Shown: positions 57,969 through 64,000 of the stretch, piece by piece
Position numbering within the stretch: the stretch's first letter is position 1
Layout: every line of letters begins with the position of its first letter
Virus record (IMG/VR): IMGVR_UViG_2874854922_000002
From: an uncultured virus (IMG/VR IMGVR_UViG_2874854922_000002)
Lineage: Duplodnaviria > Heunggongvirae > Uroviricota > Caudoviricetes
DNA length: 64,000 nucleotides
Reading direction: 5' to 3' (one strand)
Translations under genes and position numbers: made by a program
Notes under the pieces: model-generated
Told to the model about the DNA's origin: nothing
The model's database searches: none
Seen by the model: only the letters and a program-made list of their open reading frames with translations

Positions 57969-58338
57969 TTAAAACCCTATTGCAAACCACGTAAACATAC
58001 GGGAATTACCAGGCAGAGTATCGTCAAGGAAAAACTGAGCGTTAACACCCGTTTTCGTTGGGTAGCCGATTGAAACAGCTTGCCTTAAAGTTCTATAGAT
58101 TGGCACATAATCATAATCGGATGCCCTCACGCCTGCGCTTGAATAGACGCCGAAGCAGGCCGCAGGAAACGCTACGGGAAAAGTTATATCACACTTATAA
58201 GTAGTGCTTGTTACACCTCCCTCCCATCGTCCCCACTGCACCATTAACGTAATACCGCCGATTAATGGGAATTTCGCCCAGCCGCTATTAGACAAAACGC
58301 CGCTCGCTGCGGCGAGTTTTCGCCGCTTCTCTCAAACG
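57969..58338 (-). other. Silent tail-fibre tip cassette B (apparent +1 frameshift near the crossover)
   Basis: GWAKFP...QWG...FPVAFP...WFAIGF. Confidence 0.85.
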
Positions 58339-58352
58339 AACGTTATTTGCTT
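58327..58352 (-). repeat. Crossover site B
   Basis: AAGCAAATAACG-TT-CGTTTGAGAGAA. Confidence 0.8.
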
Positions 58353-58709
58353 AATAGCCAATGGCTATAAACCGGAATGACACGTTTGCATTTAACGCAT
58401 TTAGAACGGCTCCAGCCTGAGATAACTTAACCGCTCTTGTAGTAAAAGTTGAAAGGGTTGCAGGCGCTGCAGAACCAAACCCAACGCCAGCATCCTCAGG
58501 ATTATTATGCGTAACATATACTTGTGCAAACACGGATGGGAACGCGACAGGAAGCGAAGATGTGTAGACCTCTCCACTACCTGCTGTATTAACACCACCT
58601 TGCCCCCATTGAAGAATTAAATTTTTGTTACCACTCATCGGGATTTTGGCCCATCCGTTATAGCCAATAACACCGCTAACAGCTGGCAGCGTTGCCGCTT
58701 CCCCAAACG
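58351..58709 (-). other. Silent tip cassette C (apparent -1 frameshift in G run)
   Basis: GWAKIPMSG...LQWG...LPVAFP...FIAIGY. Confidence 0.85.
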
Positions 58710-58723
58710 AACGTTATTTACCG
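58698..58723 (-). repeat. Crossover site C
   Basis: CGGTAAATAACG-TT-CGTTTGGGGAAG. Confidence 0.8.
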
Positions 58724-59052
58724 ATGGCTATAATCATGGTCCCGTACTTTCCTGCCTTTGATGTTTTAATTTTTGCGAGCGTTCGATCACCACCGATGAT
58801 TTTGTACGTCGGTGCTTCTGTCTGCGTTGGGTCTACCCATATGGCGGATATAGCCAGTAACGAATAAGGGAAAGCTATTGGATAAACCGCAGGCGTTCCC
58901 TCTACATCCGAGCTGTAAACATCAACCGAAAAAACCTGCACAATATGGCCGCTAGGTAATTTGAACCATCGCAGATCAGATGTGAATGCAGTCATATCCG
59001 GTATCTGATTTGCACCGGTTCCAACAGTCCTTTTCGCCGCTTCCCCCAAACG
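58714..59052 (-). other. Silent tip cassette D (in frame)
   Basis: RLGEAAKRTVGTGANQIPDM...WFKLPSG...YPIAFP...IIAIGK. Confidence 0.88.
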
Positions 59053-59066
59053 AAGGTTTTTTATCC
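59041..59066 (-). repeat. Crossover site D
   Basis: GGATAAAAAACC-TT-CGTTTGGGGGAA. Confidence 0.85.
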
Positions 59067-59068
59067 GC

Positions 59069-59125
59069 CACGGTCATGATTGTCCGTGTTGGCCATTCTC
59101 TGCAGTACAGTCAGAAATGACCATG
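59069..59125. repeat. Two 20-bp palindromes homologous to 40232-40287
   Basis: CACGGTCATGATTGTCCGTG and TACAGTCAGAAATGACCATG. Confidence 0.75.
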
Positions 59126-59174
59126 CTCGATAAAATGGTGGCATCATTCACCACTTTTTTAAGGGCGAAAAATC

Positions 59175-59762
59175 ATGCAAATCGGTTACGTGAGGGTGTC
59201 AACAAATGACCAAAACACGGCTTTACAACGAAATGCGCTGGAGTGCGCAGGATGTGAGCTGATATTTGAGGACAAAATGAGCGGAAAAACCTCAGATCGG
59301 CCAGGGCTAAAGAAGGTCCTGCGCACACTCTCAGAAGGTGACACGCTGGTAGTCTGGAAGCTGGACAGATTAGGCAGGAGCATGCGACATCTTGTTACGC
59401 TGATTGAAGACCTGCGCGGGAGAGGGGTAAATTTCCGCAGCCTGACAGACAGCATTGACACATCAACTCCAATGGGGCGTTTCTTTTTCCATGTTATGGG
59501 CGCCCTGGCTGAAATGGAACGTGAGCTAATCGTTGAGCGTACCCGCGCCGGGCTGGCAGCGGCCAGACAGCAAGGGCGTATCGGTGGCAGGCGGCCAAAA
59601 CTGACAGAGCAGCAATGGGCGCAGGCCGGGCGACTCCTTGAGGCAGGGGAAAGCAGGAAGCGTGTTGCGCTAATTTTTGATGTGGGTATCTCCACTCTGT
59701 ACCGTAAATTTCCCGCGTCTGCCGTGGCGCCATTGTCTGAGCGGTCATACACCCCTGTATAA
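59175..59762 (+). CDS. Serine DNA invertase (Gin/Cin/Pin/Hin family)
   Basis: IGYVRVSTNDQ, VWKLDRLGRS, GRIGGRRP, C-terminal HTH; enhancer-like GTCAACAAATGACC in the 5' end. Confidence 0.96.
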   Translation: MQIGYVRVSTNDQNTALQRNALECAGCELIFEDKMSGKTSDRPGLKKVLRTLSEGDTLVVWKLDRLGRSMRHLVTLIEDLRGRGVNFRSLTDSIDTSTPMGRFFFHVMGALAEMERELIVERTRAGLAAARQQGRIGGRRPKLTEQQWAQAGRLLEAGESRKRVALIFDVGISTLYRKFPASAVAPLSERSYTPV

Positions 59763-59791
59763 ATGAACATGCTTTCTCATTTATGTAACCT
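59734..59791 (+). promoter_or_regulatory. Ogr-type late promoter for MTase 3
   Basis: TGT-CTGAGCGGTCAT-ACA (59734-59751); TAACCT at 59786-59791. Confidence 0.7.
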
Positions 59792-59820
59792 GAAATCAGG
59801 CACATAAGAGAGGCAAAGCT

Positions 59821-60573
59821 ATGCAAAAAGCGGTTATTGGGGCGGCAACGATTTACTGTGGTGACAGTCTGGAAATTTTGCGCGAACTCACTGGCGAATT
59901 TGATGCAGTAATTACTGATCCGCCTTATTCCAGCGGTGGTATGACGCGCAGTGATCGGCAGGCCAAACCCTCAGGGAAGTATGTAGGCAATAACAACTAC
60001 CATGAGTTTTACGGCGATAACAGAGACGTGCGATCCTGGGCGTTCTGGATGACGCAGTGGATGAGTCAGGTTAACCGCCTGGTCAAGTCAGGCGGGTATG
60101 CCATGGTTTTCACTGACTGGCGGCAGCTTCCAACGCTTACTGACGTTTTCCAGGCTGGCGGTTTTGTATGGCGGGGGCTGATTCCGTGGGATAAAACCCT
60201 TTCAACCCGTGCGCCTCATACCGGTTATTTTCGCCATCAGTGCGAATACGTTGTCTGGGGAAGTAACGGACCATTGCCTAAAAGTCTGCATGGTGGACCC
60301 TGGCCGGGTATGGTGACTCGCCGGGTTATTCCGTCTCAAAAACTCCATATGACCGGCAAACCGATTGAGCTTATGGAAAGCCTGATTGCCCCCGTTCCCC
60401 CTGGCGGCCATATTCTTGATCCATTTATGGGGAGTGCATCAACTGGCGTTGCCGCGCTGAGGAAGGGATATAAATTTACCGGGATTGAGATGAGCCAGCA
60501 GTATTTTGATATCTCATGTGAACGCCTGGAAAAAGAAAACGCAGATATCCGCGCGGGCGTATTGTGTGATTAA
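59821..60573 (+). CDS. Beta-class N6A/N4C DNA MTase (MTase 3)
   Basis: ITDPPY precedes HMTGKP and ILDPFMGS. Confidence 0.92.
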   Translation: MQKAVIGAATIYCGDSLEILRELTGEFDAVITDPPYSSGGMTRSDRQAKPSGKYVGNNNYHEFYGDNRDVRSWAFWMTQWMSQVNRLVKSGGYAMVFTDWRQLPTLTDVFQAGGFVWRGLIPWDKTLSTRAPHTGYFRHQCEYVVWGSNGPLPKSLHGGPWPGMVTRRVIPSQKLHMTGKPIELMESLIAPVPPGGHILDPFMGSASTGVAALRKGYKFTGIEMSQQYFDISCERLEKENADIRAGVLCD

Positions 60574-60580
60574 GGGAACA
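60563..60580 (+). promoter_or_regulatory. Late promoter activator site for FI
   Basis: TGT-GTGATTAAGGGA-ACA; CACCAT 34 nt downstream. Confidence 0.75.
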
Positions 60581-60653
60581 ATGCCGCGTAGCTGTCTGCG
60601 CGGCCCATTCAATTCACCATAGGGCGAAACCTAAACACCGGAGGGTTCGCCGT

Positions 60654-61826
60654 ATGGCTCAGGATTATCACCACGGTGTGCGCGTCGTTGAGGTCAACGA
60701 TGGCACCCGCCCCATTTCAACAGTAAGCACGGCAATTGTCGGTATGGTCTGTACCGGCGATGATGCAGATGCGTCCGTGTTCCCCCTCAATAAACCGGTC
60801 CTGCTCACCGACGTGCTGACCGCCAGCGGTAAAGCAGGCGAGTCCGGCACGTTGGCCCGCTCGCTGGATGCAATTGCCGACCAGGCTAAACCCGTGACCG
60901 TCGTTGTGCGCGTGGCTCAGGGTGAAACCGAAGCGGAGACAACCTCCAACATTATCGGCGGCGTGACAGCTGACGGTAAAAAAACGGGCATGAAAGCGCT
61001 GTTATCTGCGCAGTCTCAGCTCGGCGTTAAGCCGCGCATTCTGGGCGTGCCGGGGCATGACACGCAGGCGGTTGCCACTGAGTTGCTGAGCGTGGCGCAG
61101 AGTCTACGCGGGTTCGCCTATCTGTCAGCCTACGGCTGCAAAACGGTAGAGGAGGCCATTGCCTACCGCGCTAATTTCAGCCAGCGCGAGGGAATGCTGA
61201 TCTGGCCTGATTTCATCAGTTTTGACACCGTGCTGAATGCTGACGCAACGGCTTATGCCTCAGCCCGTGCGCTTGGTCTGCGTGCCAAAATTGACGAGCA
61301 GACCGGCTGGCACAAATCCCTGTCCAACGTGGGCGTGAACGGCGTCACCGGCATTTCTGCGGATGTGTTCTGGGATTTGCAGGACCCGGCAACCGATGCG
61401 GGGCTGCTGAACCAGAACGATGTCACCACGCTGATCCGCAAAGACGGTTTCCGCTTCTGGGGCTCCCGCTGCCTCAGTGACGATCCTCTGTTTGCCTTTG
61501 AAAACTACACCCGCACCGCGCAGGTACTGGCTGACACCATCGCCGAAGCGCACATGTGGGCGGTTGATGGCGTGCTTAACCCGTCGCTGGCCCGCGACAT
61601 TATCGAAGGTATTCGCGCCAAACTGCGCAACCTGAAAACACAGGGCTACATCATCGGCGCCGACTGCTGGCTGGATGAGTCCGTAAACGATAAAGATTCC
61701 CTGAAAGCCGGGAAGCTCACTATCGATTACGACTATACGCCGGTACCGCCTCTGGAAAACCTGATGCTGCGCCAGCGCATCACCGATCAGTATCTGCTGG
61801 ATTTCTCCAGCCAGGTCAGCGCGTAA
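60654..61826 (+). CDS. FI: Tail sheath
   Basis: [15 protein letters not shown]. Confidence 0.96.
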   Translation: MAQDYHHGVRVVEVNDGTRPISTVSTAIVGMVCTGDDADASVFPLNKPVLLTDVLTASGKAGESGTLARSLDAIADQAKPVTVVVRVAQGETEAETTSNIIGGVTADGKKTGMKALLSAQSQLGVKPRILGVPGHDTQAVATELLSVAQSLRGFAYLSAYGCKTVEEAIAYRANFSQREGMLIWPDFISFDTVLNADATAYASARALGLRAKIDEQTGWHKSLSNVGVNGVTGISADVFWDLQDPATDAGLLNQNDVTTLIRKDGFRFWGSRCLSDDPLFAFENYTRTAQVLADTIAEAHMWAVDGVLNPSLARDIIEGIRAKLRNLKTQGYIIGADCWLDESVNDKDSLKAGKLTIDYDYTPVPPLENLMLRQRITDQYLLDFSSQVSA

Positions 61827-61835
61827 GGGGACAAA

Positions 61836-62351
61836 ATGGCTTTACCACGCAAGTTAAAACACCTGAACCTGTTTAACGACGGGAATAACTATCAGGGGAT
61901 TGTTGAGTCCCTGACCCTGCCTAAATTCGGCCGCAAGTTTGAAAAGTATCGCGGCGGCGGTATGCCCGGTTCGGCTGATGTTGATCTGGGGCTGGATGAT
62001 GGCGCGCTGGATACGGAATTTTCAATCGGTGGCACCGAACTGCTGTTATTCAAGCAGATGGGTAAAGCCACCGTTGACGGCATCCAGCTGCGTTTCACCG
62101 GCTCCATTCAGCGTGATGATACCGGCGAAGTGCAGGCCGTTGAGCTGGTTGTGCGCGGGCGACATAAAGAAGTCGATTCCGGCGAATGGAAAACCGGCGA
62201 GAGCAACACCACAAAAGTCAGCAGCACCAACAGCTACGCGAAGCTGACCATTAACGGCGAGGTGCTCTATGAGGTTGATGTGATCAACATGATTGAAATC
62301 GTTGATGGCGTGGACCTGATGGAAGAACACCGCAACGCCCTGGGCCTCTGA
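61836..62351 (+). CDS. FII: Tail tube
   Basis: MALPRKLK, YRGGGM. Confidence 0.96.
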   Translation: MALPRKLKHLNLFNDGNNYQGIVESLTLPKFGRKFEKYRGGGMPGSADVDLGLDDGALDTEFSIGGTELLLFKQMGKATVDGIQLRFTGSIQRDDTGEVQAVELVVRGRHKEVDSGEWKTGESNTTKVSSTNSYAKLTINGEVLYEVDVINMIEIVDGVDLMEEHRNALGL

Positions 62352-62399
62352 TCTACTTTAAAGGCGCGGGCAGCCGCGCCAGTACTTTATTAACAGGAA

Positions 62400-62708
62400 A
62401 TGACAATGAGCGAACAACAGACTGAAAAAACCGTACAGCTGGACACCCCAATCAAACGCGGTAAAACCGAAATTGCCGAAATTGTGCTGCGCAAGCCGCA
62501 GTCCGGCGCGCTGCGTGGCACCCGTCTGCAGGCGATCATGGATATGGACGTCGGCGCGATGATGACGATTATTCCCCGCATCTCCACGCCCGCGCTGACC
62601 GCTCAGGAAATGGCTGAAATGGACCCCGCCGATCTCACCGCGCTGTCGGTTGAGGTGGTCACTTTTTTGTTGAAGAAATCGGTGCTTGCCGGTTTGCCGA
62701 CAGCCTGA
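62400..62708 (+). CDS. E: Tail chaperone E
   Basis: LDTPIKRG, GALRG. Confidence 0.9.
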   Translation: MTMSEQQTEKTVQLDTPIKRGKTEIAEIVLRKPQSGALRGTRLQAIMDMDVGAMMTIIPRISTPALTAQEMAEMDPADLTALSVEVVTFLLKKSVLAGLPTA

Positions 62709-62842
62709 CGGTAGAAGACCTGGTGGCTGATATCGCCACCATTTTTCACTGGCCGCCGTCCGTCACTGACGTTATGCCGCTGACCGAAGTGCTGGAGTGG
62801 CGGCATAAAGCGATTCAGAGAAGCGGGGCCAGCGATGAGTGA
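62663..62842 (+). other. -1 frameshift site TTTTTTG and E' extension
   Basis: -1 frame reads VADIATIFHWPPS...WRHKAIQRSG to TGA 62842. Confidence 0.85.
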
Positions 62843-64000
62843 CACTAACCTGCGTTTGCAGGTGATTCTAAATGCGGTTGATAAGCTCACCCGCCCATTC
62901 CGATCAGCGCAGGCCAGTTCTAAAGAGCTGGCTACCGCCATTCAGCAAAGCCGCGCAAGATTAAAAGAACTGGACGCCCAGGCGGGCCGTATTGACGGTT
63001 TCCGCAAGGCAAGCGCGCAGCTGGCCGTCACCGGCAACAGTCTTAAAGCCGCACGCGAAGAAGCGGCGAAACTTGCCACTCAGTTCTCGGCCACAAACCG
63101 GCCGACGGCGGCGCAGGCGCGTCTGCTGGAGCAGGCAAAAAACCGCGTTAACGAGCTGCAGAGCAAATACAACGGCCTGCGTCAGTCGGTTCAGCGTCAG
63201 CGTCTTGCGCTCAATGAGGCCGGGCTGGACACCAAAAAGCTGAGCAGTGCGCAGCGGGATCTGCGGCAGAATGCCGACGAAACCCGGCAGGCGCTGGACC
63301 GACAGCAGAAATCCCTTAAGCGCCTGGGCGAGCAGCAGGCCCGTATGAACGCCGTACGCGATCAGTATTCGCGGCGCCTTGAGGTGCGGGATCGTATCGC
63401 GGGCGCCGGAGCAACAACTACTGCCGCCGGGCTGGCGATGGGCGCGCCGGTGATGGCAGCCGTTAAAAGCTATGCCAGCATGGAAGATGCGATGAAAGGC
63501 GTTGCAAAGCAGGTTAACGGGCTGCGGGACGACAACGGCAATCGCACAAAACAGTTTTACGATATGCAGGATGCCATCAAGGCTGCCAGTGAACAGCTGC
63601 CGATGGAGAATGGCGCCATCGACTATGCCGCGCTGGTTGAAGGTGGCGCCCGCATGGGCGTGACAAACCAGAACGATTCTTACGAAGACCAGAAGCGTGA
63701 CCTGCTGGCCTTTGCATCCACTGCAGCAAAGGCCGCAACGGCATTCGAGCTGCCCGCTGATGAGCTGGCGGAGGGGCTGGGGAAAATCGCGCAGCTGTAT
63801 AAAGTGCCGACCCGTAATATTGAACAGCTGGGCGATGCCCTGAACTACCTGGACGATAACGCCATGTCTAAGGGCGGCGATATCATCAATGTGCTGCAGC
63901 GCATGGGGGGGGTGGCCGACCGGCTTGATTTCCGCAAGGCGGCCGCGCTGGGTTCCACCTTCCTGTCTCTGGGTGCCGCGCCTGAAATTGCCGCCAGCGC
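62835..64000 (+). CDS. T: Tape measure protein, partial (missing from the ORF track)
   Basis: MSDTNLRLQVILNAVDKLTRP..., homologous start to 27995; appears open to the window end. Confidence 0.9.
   Translation, partial: MSDTNLRLQVILNAVDKLTRPFRSAQASSKELATAIQQSRARLKELDAQAGRIDGFRKASAQLAVTGNSLKAAREEAAKLATQFSATNRPTAAQARLLEQAKNRVNELQSKYNGLRQSVQRQRLALNEAGLDTKKLSSAQRDLRQNADETRQALDRQQKSLKRLGEQQARMNAVRDQYSRRLEVRDRIAGAGATTTAAGLAMGAPVMAAVKSYASMEDAMKGVAKQVNGLRDDNGNRTKQFYDMQDAIKAASEQLPMENGAIDYAALVEGGARMGVTNQNDSYEDQKRDLLAFASTAAKAATAFELPADELAEGLGKIAQLYKVPTRNIEQLGDALNYLDDNAMSKGGDIINVLQRMGGVADRLDFRKAAALGSTFLSLGAAPEIAAS

Larger units (their letters stand above)
32543..64000. mobile_element. Prophage 2, divergent P2-family prophage (continues past window)
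   Basis: int-cI-cox-cII...A...cos-Q-P-O-N...H-invertase-FI-FII-E-T. Confidence 0.95.

Noticed and set aside
59186..59770. 194-aa antisense ORF
   Set aside because: Shadow of the invertase gene on the opposite strand with no recognisable motifs
62992..63243. 83-aa ORF from the track
   Set aside because: Alternative frame inside the tape measure gene that starts at 62835
32543..64000. Prophage 2 as an assembly duplication of prophage 1
   Set aside because: Orthologues are clearly divergent, and cos, immunity region and cargo differ

Overview
The window is almost entirely two divergent P2-family (Peduoviridae) prophages in tandem and in the same orientation. They are joined at a 47-bp att core (32543-32589) that matches the 3' half of the CAT-anticodon tRNA-Ile (ileX/ileY type). 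Prophage 1 (<1-32589) is phage 186-like (int-cI-apl-cII switch, A, tum, cos, Q-P-O-N-M-L, lysis, tail, B/ogr). It carries three AT-rich cargo genes, one of which is a PD-(D/E)XK nuclease-like gene split by an IS2-group IS3-family element with a 15-bp target duplication. Prophage 2 (32543->64000, cut off inside the tape measure gene) has a different immunity region and cos and a rich accessory set: three DNA methyltransferases, a TGT/DpdA-like base-exchange enzyme candidate between dam and A, a two-gene membrane operon and a DUF262-DUF1524 (GmrSD/SspE-like) nuclease at the A-Q hotspot, and a four-cassette tail-fibre shufflon with a Gin/Cin-type invertase. The most novel-looking signals are: (i) the DpdA-like gene; (ii) a paired 20-bp palindrome module (GTCA-N4-TGAC core) shared by the upstream regions of MTase 2 and the invertase; (iii) dedicated Ogr-type late promoters for the single shufflon chaperone and for a post-invertase MTase; (iv) a 69-nt covarying structured element at both cargo hotspots. 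All homology calls come from motif recognition by eye; no database search was run.
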